A stretch of DNA of 64,000 bases from the NCBI RefSeq assembly GCF_009914755.1, contig NC_060927.1, one strand, 5' to 3'. The DNA comes from the human T2T-CHM13v2.0 reference genome, Homo sapiens. Position 1 is the first letter of the stretch. The number at the start of each line of letters is the position of its first letter. Both the position numbers and the translations under genes were made by a program. Below are positions 18,761-34,088 of this stretch, piece after piece. The notes below the pieces were generated by a model that made no database searches, had not been told where the DNA came from, and worked only from the letters and a program-made list of their open reading frames with translations.

Positions 18761-19222
18761 TGTACTGGGTTGAATAGTGTTCCCCCAAAAACTCATGTCT
18801 ATGAGACCCTCAAAATATGATCTTATTCGGAAAGAGGGTCTTTGCAGATACAATTGGTTAAGATGGGGTTGCCCTGGGTTAGGATGGGTCCAAATCCAAT
18901 GACTGGTATCCTTATAAAAAAAGAAAACAAAGAAATGGAGACGCACGCTGAGGGAACAGCCATGCAAAGGCAGAGGCAGAAATTGGAGTGGCACAGCTGT
19001 CAGCCAAGGAACTCCAAGAATTGCCGGCAGTCACCAGAAGCTCAGACGAGGTAAGGAAGGATTCTTCCTGAGAGCCCTCAGAGGGAACGTGGGCCTGCTC
19101 TCACCTTGCCTTTGGACGTCTAGCCTTCAAAACTGTGAGGGAATAAATTTCTGTTGTTTTAAGTCACGTACTTTGTGGTTCCTTGCGACATCAGCCCTAG
19201 GAAACGAATATACTTCCAACTG
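18761..19222 (+). mobile_element. MLT1 (A-C like) solo LTR
   Basis: tgtactgggttgaatagtgttccccc start; aataaatttctgttgttttaag and gccctaggaaacgaata end. Confidence 0.8.
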
Positions 19223-19844
19223 TTTTCCACCAGTAACAAAGAAGTGTGGCCATGTCACACGGTGTGTGGAAGAACCTGATGGTTGTGAACTCAGAGATGG
19301 AACATAGCGGCTACCTCAAATGAGCGAGCGATAAGTTAGATGGCCTCCTCTGTACAAGAAGTGATAGCAAAATCAATTAGTAAATGCTACCACTTTCACA
19401 CCTGGGCATTCTGCAGGTAAGAGCCCCGATACAAGGATTTCAAATGTGACTACATTGGCCAAATGAAGAGTCTGGCTGAGAGAGTGAATCTAGGGAAGCT
19501 GGCCTCAGCAAGAGCTTCTTTTGGGTGCCCGTGTTTCCATTCCAGGTAGTAAGAGTTAATATGACTGTCACAAACTTACTGCACAAAGAAGCAGGAAACA
19601 TCTGTATAAATGCGTCCACACAGAGCCTGAGTCCAGAAATGAAAAGCAGAAGCTGTGGGAGCCTGTGATTACAATAGTCAGGGGCAAAGAGGTATCTTCC
19701 TTTCCAGCTTGAGCAGGTCCCCATATAACGTACCACTAGGGCTGTTTATTCGGCATCTGTTGGGCGCCAGGCACAGTGCTTGGTGCCTTACCCATCATTT
19801 AATTCTCACTTACTCCCGGCAACCGCCTGTAATATAGGTATTGT

Positions 19845-19873
19845 GGGGGGGTGGGGGGGGTGGGGGGGTGGGG
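19845..19873 (+). other. G-quadruplex motif G7-T-G8-T-G7-T-G4
   Basis: Four long G tracts with single-T loops. Confidence 0.8.
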
Positions 19874-21600
19874 AATGAAGAAGATACTTTGCCTGGGTCA
19901 CTAGGATTATTTACTTAGCCCTATCTCTGCAGCTAACACTGTGGTAAGGAAAGAGGAAACTGAAATAGAAATAAAATCCTGGCCCTAGCTCACAATGAAC
20001 TTACAATACAAGTACATCCTTTAGTGGTTTATATAAATTTGTTCCAAAAAGGAAGACTGTTTCATTCAATCTTTACAAGTCAACTTTGGAACTTATCCCT
20101 GGCAAGTCAGAATTTAAATGCATCTCTAATATGCATTGGATTTGAAAAAAAAAAAAACTTTTGTTTTTTTTTTGCAAATAGATAGAAGTAAATTATAACT
20201 CAGTGTTCCACAAAACAAACTTGTTTGGAAAAGAATTTTAAACTTCTGTGATTAAATTAGACCCAGGACTAATTGAGTACACAGAAAAACAAGAAAATAT
20301 AAATATCAGAAGGGATTTTTTTCTAGTTGCTTTCTAGTTGTTTAATTGTGATAATTTAATTATCACATTCAATTTCTTTCCTTTATAAAACCAGGTTAAT
20401 ATTAAATTTCAAGCAGAGAAACTAAGAGGTTAAACTGGACTCAGCCATGCATATAGCTGTAATTTATTACAGGTGATCATAAACACCTGTAATAAAACTC
20501 TACAAAATGGAGACAAAGAATCTCAGAATCATTTGAGCTGAGTTAGAGGCAGTTGTCAGTCAATTCTAATCAGAAACAGATAAAGAGTGGAATAGCACCC
20601 TGATAGGGAATGAACAAGAAATAGTCCAAGGTGACAGCCATGTAATCTTGAGTGAGTTAACTCTTCTTTCCATGGATCTTCTTTTGAATCAGAAGGTTGA
20701 AAATTCCAATATCTACTCCTCCATAATTCAACAGGATTATACAAAACTGTCAGGAGAAATTAGCTGATGTATTAGATGTAAAAGTAAGTTAAGTCTTAGT
20801 AGAAAAGGTACCAAAAAGCATCTGGCAGAGGCACAATTCTGAGGACACATGGTCAAAAAAGGTCCTTTGCTTTTTGCGTGTAAAATCTCCAAATTCTGTA
20901 AGCTGGTTCATCCTATTTGCATGCAAACTGGCTGGGAATGAAATTAGGGCAGGATGTTATTTGCTCATGTTTTAACCATTCTTTTCTCACAGCCTCCTCC
21001 TCCTATGTTATTTACACTGTTTCCTGCCCTGTGTATTGTTTCCAGGACATTCATTAGATTCAGGGAAATGAAATTTAATAGGGATGTCTAATACGTAATT
21101 CAAGATTTAAAAAGGAACAGAAAGATGCCCTGGATTGACCTAACAAATTGTTCCCTTGACTTTCCTCAGGCGAAGAAAGAAGAATTATTACCAAGAAAAT
21201 GATCCTTATACACACCCTAACCCTACTCTGCAGTTTATGCATATCCTCTTGAATCATGCATCAGTTGTCATCAGAGACACCTTGGAGTCCCAGGGGACAG
21301 TAACAGCATCATGGCTGGGATCACAGCAAACCCCATGGGGCTAAGTTTCTGAGATCCAGGCCCAAGAAATACCAGCGTGGGAAGTAAAAATAACTCATTT
21401 TTCGGACCTTAATAACTTTCATGGTTTGATTTATGACAAGGAAAGAAAAGTCATTTCCTCTACCAAGACCTCAATACATGGTATGTTCAAAACCAAATAA
21501 AAATGAAAAGAAAAAAAAAGAGAAGGAAAAAGTATAATATAATCACAAGTGACAAAAACGCAGAAGAGGGGGTCACAGAGATGTGATGTAAGAAAAACTT

Positions 21601-21958
<358 letters not shown>

Positions 21959-22864
21959 TCATAGAAGCCATGAGCCATGGAGCGTGGGTGGCCTTTTTAA
22001 GCTGGAAAATTCCAGGAGACAGATGCTAGACTCCAAAAAGGAAAGGAAACACCTTGATTTTAGCCCATGAGACTGTGTTGAACTTCTGACCTTGGAACTT
22101 CAAAATAATAATAATAATGAATTTGTGCTGCTCTAAGCCACCAAGCTTATGGTAATTTATTATGACAGTGAAATAAAACAAACACATCTGAATAAAAATC
22201 TAGAGTACTTCAAAGTAAAAAACAAAACAAGTCGAATATTAACTATGCTCCAGTCTCAAAGAGATCATACAGTTATAGGGGATGTTTTGCCTGGAATGCC
22301 TGGGACCAGCCTGCTCCGGATTAACACTGACGCTGGAGCTCAACTCCCCAGCATTGGCCTCTAACTGCATCTCTTGGGTTTTCTTTAGACTATTTGGATT
22401 AATGCATGTACACTATATACTTTTGGGGCCTCTTCTGGGATCTGTGATATAAAATTGGGGCAAGAATATAGGACCTGTTTCCAAAATACTTTTCTTAGAG
22501 AAACTCTGAAACAAGAAGACAAATCTTTTACTATTTTAATAGTGCCATGAGTTAGAAAATAAATTGCTCCTCCAGGACTTTTCCTCTGCCCATATATGTT
22601 CTGGCCCTTGACTTTCTGGTTTGTCCAGACAGTGGGTCAGTCCCACATTCAGAACCCTGAGGAATAAATCCAAGATTCCTGAAGATGCCAAGGGACAGCT
22701 TGGAATCTTGTAGTGCGGGTTTACTGAGCAATTTAGGCGACTGTCCTCAGAGTCCAATTCCTTTACCATAGACGATCTCTCTGACTTTGCCAGAGCATTT
22801 CCTCACTGTGTAGTATTGCACCTGCCTTTTGTGTGAGATGCTCTAACACTACTATGGAACATAC

Positions 22865-22990
22865 CGGACATTCAGTCACTGCTGCTAGGTCCACAGCCAA
22901 CTCACAGGACTTGATCAAATCCTCTATCACTGCCAAAGCTTGTTGTAGTTCAGTTGAGAATGCTGAATCTTTGGTTCTCTTTGGCCCATC
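22865..22990 (-). CDS. MCF2L2: MCF2L2 coding exon, 126 nt, end of DH domain (DGPKRTKDSAFSTELQQALAVIEDLIKSCELAVDLAAVTECP)
   Basis: Acceptor ttccacag|gat and donor ccg|gtatgt. ELQ.AL helix-6 motif. Confidence 0.93.
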
Positions 22991-23258
22991 CTGTGGAAAA
23001 CAAATGCCTTGTTGGAAATCAAAAGTATACCATCTGCAAAGTGAAGAAGGAAAACAGGACAGAGATGAGGAGCCAGGGATCCAGCCAACCCTGACTGAGA
23101 AGGGTGGATATTGATCTGTCTCCCTGCTCCCAAAGCATGGTGGCTAAAGATGCTTACTGATTTAGGTATACGGCATAGAGACAAGCAAAATCATCTACCT
23201 CTGTGCATTGTACTAGTGACGAATGAAGTTCATAAATCATGGAAATTATATTCCTGCT

Positions 23259-23314
23259 ACATAAGAAACATATAGAATTCAGCTATATAGCTGAATTCTA
23301 TATGTTTCTTATGT
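23259..23314. repeat. Perfect 56-bp palindrome with no spacer
   Basis: acataagaaacatatagaattcagctat followed by its exact reverse complement. Confidence 0.95.
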
Positions 23315-23773
<459 letters not shown>

Positions 23774-23846
23774 AGAATTTAGCTTTTTTAAAGCATGGAA
23801 AAACCTAGCTCCTTTTAAATAGGCTTCTCTCTCTTTTATACCCCTA

Positions 23847-24384
<538 letters not shown>

Positions 24385-25225
24385 TCATATTCCTATATTT
24401 AATGTGGAAGCCTTATTCCTGTGGGAAAAATTATACTTAAAATCATCCCAGAGGAGGACATTTGTAAACTCCTATAGAGACAAAGAACTCCATAGAGGCT
24501 GCTAAGTGGAAATTTACTAATGATTTACATGTAAAAGCTATAACATCATATTTCCACACTGAATCTCCCCCAACTCTGTCCTTCCTTCCTCCACTTGTCC
24601 CTGGCCCTCCCCACATTGCACCACCATTAAAGATGCCAAAGAGATAAGCCAGCGCTCTGCACCTCCCGAACATAAAGACTCAGCATTCAGCGGAAAAGCA
24701 GTAACTAATTAAAGAGACCAATGTTCCAATTACAACCACAGTGACATTTAGGATGTGATTGGGGTGATTGTTTCAGCTCTAAAGGCTTTTGCATGGGCTT
24801 GAGGTATTTTATCTCCCTGCTACCTACATGCTGTATTTATCTGTTACCTGGTAAATACACATAAAAAAATTTTGGTTTATTCAATGTATTTTTTTAACAT
24901 CTCAAGTTCTGCAGTGAAGAACAGCTAGCCCCTTTGCTGCTCCGCATCTGGCCCTGACTCTTTTTGTCCTCTACAGCACAATGTAGTCACAGGGTTTAAT
25001 ATTTTCTTAATCTATGCGGAAGCACTGGGTATTTGCATCTTTGGATGAGAGACATGAGTGACAGGGCTGATGAATGGAATAGATCGTGCTGCTGCCTCTG
25101 AAAAACGTATCATGGATTCGTAGCTTCTCATTCATAATAAAGAAGCTTCGCTTCCTGGTAAAAGAAAACAGACTCTCACCTGAATTTATTTTAACAACAT
25201 CAATAAGGGATTAAGAGTTCTTGGC

Positions 25226-25520
25226 AGGGCGCAGTGGCTCACGCCTGTAATCCCAGCACTTTGGGAGGCCGAGGGGGGGAGTGGATCACGAGGTCACGAG
25301 ATCGAGACCAGCCTGACCAACGTGGTGAAACCCCATCTCTACTAAAAACAAAAATTAGCCGGGCGTGGTGGCGGGTGCCTGTAATCCCAGCTACTCAGGA
25401 GGCTGAGGCAGGATAATAGCTTGAACCCGGGAGGCGGAGTTGCAGTGAGCCGAAACTGCGCCATTGCACTCCAGTCTGGGTGACAGAGCGAGACTCTGTC
25501 TCAAAAAAATAAAAAAATAA
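25226..25520 (+). mobile_element. AluS (Sc-like)
   Basis: Alu consensus match. Confidence 0.92.
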
Positions 25521-26186
25521 GAAATAATTTTTTTTAAAGTTCTTATACCAGGCATCTTCCTCCTTACCAAACACTGAATGCTCAGTTTCCTTTCAGATCC
25601 TCACCTCTTCCCATCCCCCTTCCTTCCGCTAACCCTCCTTCACAAAACACGAGGTGGCTAGGGTTTTGAACTGTATAATGTAGGGTTCAGAAAAATCCTT
25701 TAAAACATTATTAAACTCCTCTAACTAGGGCTAGCTCCTCTTGCTCCAGGCTGTAAAAATATGACCTGTGTCCTGAGCTGCTTCTGTTTTCAACAGGTCC
25801 TTGTCATCCATTCTGAGCAGAAAGGGCATGCAAATGACTGCCCCATAAGACATGTCTCAAGTGTTTCTTGCTAAAACCAGAATATTCTATAGGAAAGGGA
25901 AGAGAAACCGCACTGCTATACCACAGATTTCTTCCTAACCTGGTGTGGTCATGGTCACCATTTATTCTAAGGGAACTTTGGCAGACTCTTAGAGTTCACA
26001 CACACGCACACACACACACAGAGGAGAACAAGGCATAACATATAGAAATTAGATATACTAAGAGGTACAAAGAAGAAAACATAATCCTACCATTCAGGAA
26101 AGCCACAGCAGACATTTTATCATATCTATTTACTTCCAGTCTTTTATGTATGCATTTTACGTATTTGCTTAATTTTGTTCCCATTA

Positions 26187-26591
<405 letters not shown>

Positions 26592-26724
26592 TTATAGGAT
26601 ACATACTATTTTAGAAAATCTAGATAATAAAGACCACCAAGTAAAATTGCTATAAATCCTCCGACCCATAGACAAACACCATTAATAGTTAGTTATATAA
26701 AATGTAATATTTAATATTGAGTAC

Positions 26725-26793
26725 CTTAGCCGAGCCTCCTAGTTCACCTGGGTCTATCTCCATATCTTCAGGAGACTCGAAATCCAGCAGACC
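26725..26793 (-). CDS. MCF2L2: MCF2L2 coding exon, 69 nt (GLLDFESPEDMEIDPGELGGSAK)
   Basis: Acceptor atgcag|ggt and donor aag|gtactc. Phase 0-0. Matches the recalled MCF2L2 protein. Confidence 0.9.
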
Positions 26794-27010
26794 CTGCATT
26801 AACCCAAAAGTCTTGTTGAAAATTAAAATGTACATTGCCATCAAAATGTAGATTGTCAACAAAATCTACTGTGCAAACTATCTGCCACCAATGCTAAGCT
26901 GACTGAGAACGTGTGTAAATGTGTAAGAGGGAAAGAATAAATGATGTATTTGGCACAGGGTCCTTTCCACAAACCTAGAATCATATTGTACACACTATTT
27001 TGTAGACTAC

Positions 27011-27326
27011 TTTTTCTCATTCAACCATACCTCATGAATATTTTCCCATGATATTATGTTTTTCTAAAATATGGGCTTTGATTGTGGTAGAGTGTTATAT
27101 CTTACAGATAAACCATTTTTCTCATTCAGCAATATCTCATGAATATTTTCCCATGATATTATGTTTTTCTAAAATATGGGCTTTGATTGTAGTAGAGTGT
27201 TATATCTTAGAGATAAACCATTTTTCTCATTCAACAATATCTCATGAATATTTTCCCATGATATTATATTTTTTTAAAACATGGGCTTTGGTTGTGGTAG
27301 AGTGTTATATCTTATAGATAAACCAT
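27011..27326. repeat. Tandem repeat, 105-bp unit x3
   Basis: ttttctcattc recurs at 27012, 27117 and 27222; copies are near-identical. Confidence 0.95.
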
Positions 27327-28904
27327 AATCGAATTATAGTCCCCCTTATCATTAAACATTTAGGTTCAACAATATTTTTTACTATAATAATGATAATAAC
27401 TTTTGTGCATTTTTCTTAAAGCTAAATTCCTAGAGTGGAATTGTAAATGTTAAGAGTTTTGAGGCATATTTCCAAGTTCTTCAGAGAAGGACTGTCTTCC
27501 TGCCAGCTGTATAGGAAAGCCTGTCTCACCAGCCCCTAGCCTACAAGGGGTAGTACCATTTAATCAAAAATCTTTACCAATTGAATGAAAAGAGAAATCC
27601 TACCTCACTGTTGTTTTAATTTGACTTCCTTAGATAACTAGAGGTGTAGAACTTTTTTAAAAAAACGTTTGCTACTAGTGTTTATTCTTTTGCAAATTGC
27701 TATGTCCTTTGCGCATCTTTTTATTATAATTTCCAAGAGCACATGATTCATTAAGCATACTGATCATCTGTTACATATTTTGTTCACATTTTCCCCAATG
27801 TTTCATGAGTCTGTCTTTAATGGTATAAGCTATCACTCATCACCCTCTCCCCAAGATCCCATGATCCTTTCTAAAGCATGAGGCAATCAGTCCAACATTC
27901 ATGCTCTTTCAAGCCAGCACATGTGTGCGAGATGCAAAATAAGCTCTGCCCCTGGGGATAGAGAAGGTCCTAGATAGGATTACAAGGTCGTTCCTTTCTT
28001 TGCAGGCACGTAATGGCCTGAGCTGGTTTCACAGGCACCAGCAAGCTTAGCTGTGGGGACACTGCTCTGGTCTGCCTTGGGTAGCTCCCACGGCTCCTCA
28101 CAGACCCCCCGCAAAATATTTTGTAGTAATTCTATCTCTTGTTTCTTCAGTGAAAGGCAGCTAACAAAACCTTCTAAGTCCTTTTAACCTGTATTATCTC
28201 ATTTAATGCTCCCAACAAGCATACCAGGAAAGTACTATTATTATCTTATTTCTATAGGTGAGAAATCTGAGGCTGAGAGAGGTTAAGTAACTTGCCTGAG
28301 TTCACGCAGCCTGGAAGGGTCAGAGCCTGGATTCAGACCCAGGTTGTTAAACTCTCGAGTCTGTGTTTCCAATGACGATGCCCCACAGCCCTCTGCGTCT
28401 GGTACCGAACCTAGCTCCTATGTAAATGTCACCTCTGTGGGAAAGCTGGAACCTAGGCTGAGGGAGGAAGGACCATCACTTTCGTCCTGCTCATGCCTCA
28501 CTGGGCCCAGAGGTTGGACTTCTACAATAGGAATGACAGTGACAATGGGACATGCAGAGGAGCATGAGGCCCTGAGTGAGTGCTGGGTCAAACATGCTCT
28601 GAGGTGCTGCTCGCTGAAAGAAGCAGATCATTATCCTCATTTCTATGGTGGTGTGACAGTCTCAATGTCTAAGATAACAGCTACACATCATGCAGAGCTT
28701 CCTGGGCTGTGCCAAGCCCTCCGCATGTGCTAATCATCTGCTTCATAACGATCTTATGGAGGAGGTTCTAGTACCCTCATTTTACATAGAGGAAAACTAA
28801 GGCCCAAGAGGTCAAGGTCTCATAACTGACAAATGGCAGAGTACACCGAGGCTGAAACTGCTAATGGAAAGCTTGAAAGGAGTAACTTTGAAAAAATGTT
28901 TTTA

Positions 28905-29036
28905 AAATTATTTTTACAGATGAGGTCTTGCTATGTTGCCCAGGCTAGTCTTGAACTCCTGGACTGAAGGGATGCCTCCTGCCTCCACCTCCTGAGTAGC
29001 TGCTGGGACTACAGGTGTGTGTTATCATGTCTGGCC
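28905..29036 (-). mobile_element. FLAM monomer
   Basis: Single diverged Alu-like monomer. Confidence 0.7.
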
Positions 29037-29160
29037 TGAAAGGGGTAACTTTTTCTGAGGGGAGACTGTTGGGCAATGAGCTTAACCTTCCTGAGCCTCA
29101 GTTTCTTCACAGTCCAGAGCATGGCTGGTATGTCTGATTGTGGAGATTAAATAAGAAATA

Positions 29161-29507
<347 letters not shown>

Positions 29508-30214
29508 TTATTAAGAAATAGTGGCCACTGGGCAAGAGCTACCTAAATGCCTTATAGAGGTTAATTCAACAGACAACTTATCGTGGTGGCCCAAACCTTT
29601 CTCTCAAGCTCACACCTAGAAAACCAGCCATGATAGGCCCTCATATCCTGTTTGGAGTGTCTGAGAATGCTTGCCTGCAGATGTGCTAGTGTCAATGACT
29701 TATCACTAAGGAGGGGTAAAGGTCAGAGAGAGAGAGAGAAAACCACTTAGGGGTTCAGGGTTCAGATATAGCAAAGTTCATTCTGTTAGGCTGCTCTCAG
29801 GGTAAGATCCTAAATCTAAGAATGGAGGTCAGTGCTGCAAAAGGATAGAAGACTTCAGTTTTGTCTTCTCCCTTCCACAAGTTAAAATGCCCATAAAACA
29901 GTAACTTTGGGGAAAATCACACTCTCGCTCCCAAAGAGCTCTCTTCCCCTAAGCCAGACTCCTTAGTGATTCATGCCCTGAGCTAGACATTGGACTAGTG
30001 AGGCCCTCAGGTGCCCTCCAACTCTATGATTCTTTGGTCTTACTCCACATTGAAGAGGGCTGATTTAGAGTTGGAGGAAAGAAAAAGCCTGCAGGATAGA
30101 CGTATCTTCAGCCTTAGAAGACCAAGGCACAGCTCTACATGTGTAACGACATGGGCACCACAGTGCAGGCGTCTGGTTTCCCACCAAGGAAAAGCACTGT
30201 CTCATTGATTTTAC

Positions 30215-30307
30215 CTTCAACAGCATCTGGTATTTTATAAGTCTCTGGCTTGGTCCTTTGAGATACTTAAAAAGAGGGAGATTGTGATCCAGTTGGCGCT
30301 GGCATAC
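30215..30307 (-). CDS. MCF2L2: MCF2L2 coding exon, 93 nt (VCQRQLDHNLPLFKYLKGPSQRLIKYQMLLK)
   Basis: Acceptor taaag|gta and donor aag|gtaaaa. DH conserved region 3 (P.QR..KY..LLK). Confidence 0.96.
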
Positions 30308-30966
30308 CTTTAAAAGCCAAATAGAAACAACATAAAGCAAAACAAACAACACACACAGAATAAAAGTGGCAGCATTTAGGTACAAAACACAAAATTGCTT
30401 TTCCTGGACAACAGGGGCAGCTGTGTCGAGCAGCTCCATAAGGCTGTGGGGTTGTTCTTTCCCCTAGGAACAGTGTGTGAAATAAGAGAAAGAGGAAAGA
30501 GGACGGCTCGGCTAATATTTTTACAGGCATCTAGGGAAGCAGAACCATTTATTTCTTTTAGAAAGCAAGTTCACTAGAAGACAGTGGGGCATTTCAAGTC
30601 CTTCTGAAAAAGAGGCCACCTATCTTCAAGTTGGGGGCTGCCAGAGTCTATTCAGGCCTTTTGGAGCCTGAAGGATACAGACGGTTTGTAGACATCATTC
30701 CAGGGAGCCCAAAGTGTGACATTTTTTACTTAGTTTCATTTTTAAAACCCATCTTAGAAGAAGACACTGGTTTTCTCACCAGATATAGGTGCTCCTCACA
30801 GGCCTATCCCATTACAACTTTTCATGTGTAATTTCAAAGTATGGGACACTTTAAATAAACATAAATCGCAATGCCAAGTTCCTCTCCCTAGTCCCACTTT
30901 TGATTTCTTTAACAACTTGATGCATAGAAACATTTTCCAGGAAGAAGTTTGTCTTCTCAACATTAC

Positions 30967-31059
30967 CCCAAAGTAGGCGCAGTCTTGACACTCTTGCCAG
31001 ATTGCCCTAGCTCGGGGCAGATTCTTATGGTATTTAAAATATATCTGAAGATCTTCTTT
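30967..31059 (-). CDS. MCF2L2: MCF2L2 coding exon, 93 nt (KEDLQIYFKYHKNLPRARAIWQECQDCAYFG)
   Basis: Acceptor cctag|aaa and donor ggg|gtaatg. Y..Y..N.P DH motif. Phase 0-0. Confidence 0.95.
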
Positions 31060-32424
31060 CTAGGTGGGAAAAAATTAGAATAAATTAATCAGGCAGCATT
31101 TTTCAGTAAGTGGACAGGATGATACAGTTTATTCATTCATTCAACAAGCCAGAGTATTCTAATGTGTAAGGAATTGGGGGTGTACAGTAAGTAATCTTAT
31201 GTTGGGATGTGTGTGTGATGGAGAGATAAACAGAAGGCTTTAAACAACCATAACTACCAGACATAGATAGGCACAGAGTGCTCTGGGAGCATCTACAAGG
31301 GCTATTGGTAAATACATAAGTAGACTCACAAACAGGAATTGGTTTTTATCTTTATCATTCTTTTCCTGCCCTTTGTCCAGGACATCGACATCTCCCCACA
31401 ACAGGTCTGCAATGAGTAGTAAAACTGACAGAAAAGAGGCTGGTGTTTGATGGTCCCCCTCTCTTCTCTCTCCACCCTCTCCCTGTGGTCATCGTGACAC
31501 CAACCCTGCAAAGAAGCCCAAGAAACAACCAAAAGATGGAAACATGCCAGAGGGGAGATGTGGTAGATCGGGCAACCAATACGGAGCTCAGTCATTTGGG
31601 CAACCCTCAAAGTGACAGGCTCCGCCTCAAACATCACTTTCAACCTGCAGCACAAGACTCTGAGACAGGAAATGTTATGTGACTGTTTCGGAGCTAGAGA
31701 GCAAGGAGGACTCAACGTGCTGTTCAACCTGTATTGTCATGGTATCAAAGACGCTGAGAGGTGGGCACATATCTGCCAATCTCCCGGAGAGAAAGCACAC
31801 TCCAAGCCTCTGGCGTCAGCTTGCCAGCTTCACTCGCTCTATCAGGGAGCCTGGCCCACAGCGGCTGTGCTGGCCACAGATCCCATGCCATTCTGGTGGA
31901 GAAGCCCATGTAGCCACCTCCTTGCAGAAGTCTGTGTCCCTGTCCTCCTGCTCAGCCCAACTCTGGATTTCCTTCATGTCAACACAGATGATTTCTTCCC
32001 TCGCAGCTTCAATGATGCCTGTTCTACTCCCAAATACATTGCTATAGTGGATGACTTCCATTTCTGTAGCTCTTTCTTTCTCCCAATAGGTTGTAAGTGG
32101 TCATTTCAGCATAGGAACTACAGCAACCGTCCTTTGCTATTCCCTCCAGGAAAAAAATGGCACACACATTTAAGACAGATGGCCCTTGAAAAATGTTCAG
32201 ACTGGTTAAGGAGCTAGAATAATAACTCAGAGCTTAACAATATAGTATTGACCTAAATTGCTCTTCTAAAGGCTAACAGTCCAAAATTCCTCAGAGAAAG
32301 GATGTCCACTAACCAGCAACATACAAAAGTGCCCAATTCTCCTAATCTCCTTATAGAATGAATCAGGAGGCTATAAAATTGCTACCAGAAACTCATATTC
32401 ACACAAGAATACATACTTGCTTAC

Positions 32425-32670
32425 GGATTAAGACTGCGGGGCTCTGGTGGCGGATGGTCCAGGTTCAGTTCTTGGCTTTGCCAAATACAAATCATATGGC
32501 CTAAAGTAAGTTACCTAACCTTCCTAGACTTCAGTTTCCTCATCTGTTAAGTGGGCCCATAACAGTAGTCAACTCCTGTGACTGTTGTGAGATTAAATGA
32601 GATGATGTATAGAAACCTCTCCACAAATGCCCAATGGATAGAGTACTCAAAAAATGGTGGCTATTGTCAA
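32425..32670. mobile_element. MIR (similar fragments near 14330, 28190, 29080, 35730, 51830)
   Basis: MIR core aagttacctaacc..cagtttcctcatctgt..gttgtgagattaaatgagat. Confidence 0.7.
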
Positions 32671-33069
32671 AGCACTTTTTACTTTATGGAATCCTCTGCA
32701 TACATTATTTTGTTTCCCACAACAACTGTACATATTGGTACTATTAGCCTGTTGTGTGGAGGAGGAAAGTGAGATTCCAAAGTTTAAGTTATTTACTGGA
32801 GGTCATGCAGATAGCAAGTGGCTTGACCAACATGATAAATCGGGTTTCCTGACTTACCAGTTACTCCCACATATCAGTGTGAGCACCCATTCCAGTGCTC
32901 TTTCCATTTTACCATGTGAGATCTCAGAGTACTTGGAACCCACAGTACACTATGGACAAATATTATTCTATATAGAACATGGTCTCTGGAGGAGAATTGT
33001 TTCAGAAGATACAGGCTAAAGAGGCTGATTAAAACACTTGGTCAGAAAACTATTTCAAAATTCATTATC

Positions 33070-33326
33070 TTGGAAGGCCGAGGTGGGCGGATCACGAGGT
33101 CAGGAGATGGAGACCATCCTGGCCAACATGATGAAACCTCGTCTCTACTAAAAATACAAAAATTAGCCGGGCGTGGTGGCACATGCCTGTAATCCCAGCT
33201 ACGAGGGAGGGTGAAGCAGGAGAATCGCTTGAATCAGGGAGTCAGAGGTTGCAGTGAGCCGAGATCACGCCACAGCACTCCAGCCTGGTGACAGAGCGAG
33301 ACTCCGTCTCAAGAAAAAAAAAAAAA
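33070..33326 (+). mobile_element. AluS (Sc-like), 5'-truncated
   Basis: Alu consensus from ttggaaggccgagg. Confidence 0.9.
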
Positions 33327-33953
33327 GTACTACTTGTATTTTGTCTCTAACATCATAAATCATATAGGGCTAAGTCAGTGTTTTCTGGCTGGGTTAATGA
33401 TTTACAATGTTCCTCCCAACATGGCGGGGCGCTATCAAAAAACTTTGTAAAACTTTACAATTTAGGAGAGGAATTCAGAAAAGGTATTTAGTTAATAATT
33501 CTCTGACAATTTCCTCATATTTGAACAATTTGATAATATCCACTTTCCCACAGGAACTTTGCCCATTTCTCATTGAGCAATTTAAATAATCTTTGCAGTA
33601 ATGACATACATAACCATAAAATACTTCTAATCTCTGAAACTAGATTTCACATTAGTCGTTTGTTAAGTGCAAAAATTCAAAATAGTATATAAAGCACTAA
33701 TAATGTAATAGTTCAAAAAAATTAATGAATCAGAATGAGTATAAAATAGTTTTCAGTGTACATTGAATTCTGGTGCTTTGACACAAAGCCTATGATGAGT
33801 TGACATGGAAAGCCATATGGGGCCACCAAAAGGCTCTGAGCATGGAAGATTCCTTCTCTCCATTAATGTCAAATATCTTGAAACCTGGAGGCTTTGTTTG
33901 CTTCCAGTTATCATAAGTATTGCTCTCAGCCTCAGTCATAATATGAGTTGCTT

Positions 33954-34088
33954 ACAACTTTAAGTTGTTTGATCTGTTGCCTTGGGTTCACAAAAATAAA
34001 AATAAGAAAGAGAATGAGAAGGACTAGTTGAGAAAGAGAGGAGAAATGAGAACTATTTAGAAGGCACAGGGGGTCAGGATCATCTCCA
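33954..34088. repeat. 135-bp dispersed direct repeat, copy 1
   Basis: Ungapped match to 35455-35589 with about 7 mismatches by eye. Confidence 0.93.

Noticed and set aside
20140-20178. A-run/T-run hairpin (tttgA13cttttgT10gcaaa)
   Set aside because: Homopolymer-based and imperfect; expected by chance in AT-rich intron.
27011-27326. Regular repeat array as CRISPR-like or as a repeat protein gene
   Set aside because: Head-to-tail copies with no unique spacers, in a human intron; no coding evidence.
31612-32217. 201-aa plus-strand ORF
   Set aside because: Non-ATG start, no recognisable domain or splice support, and antisense within an intron.
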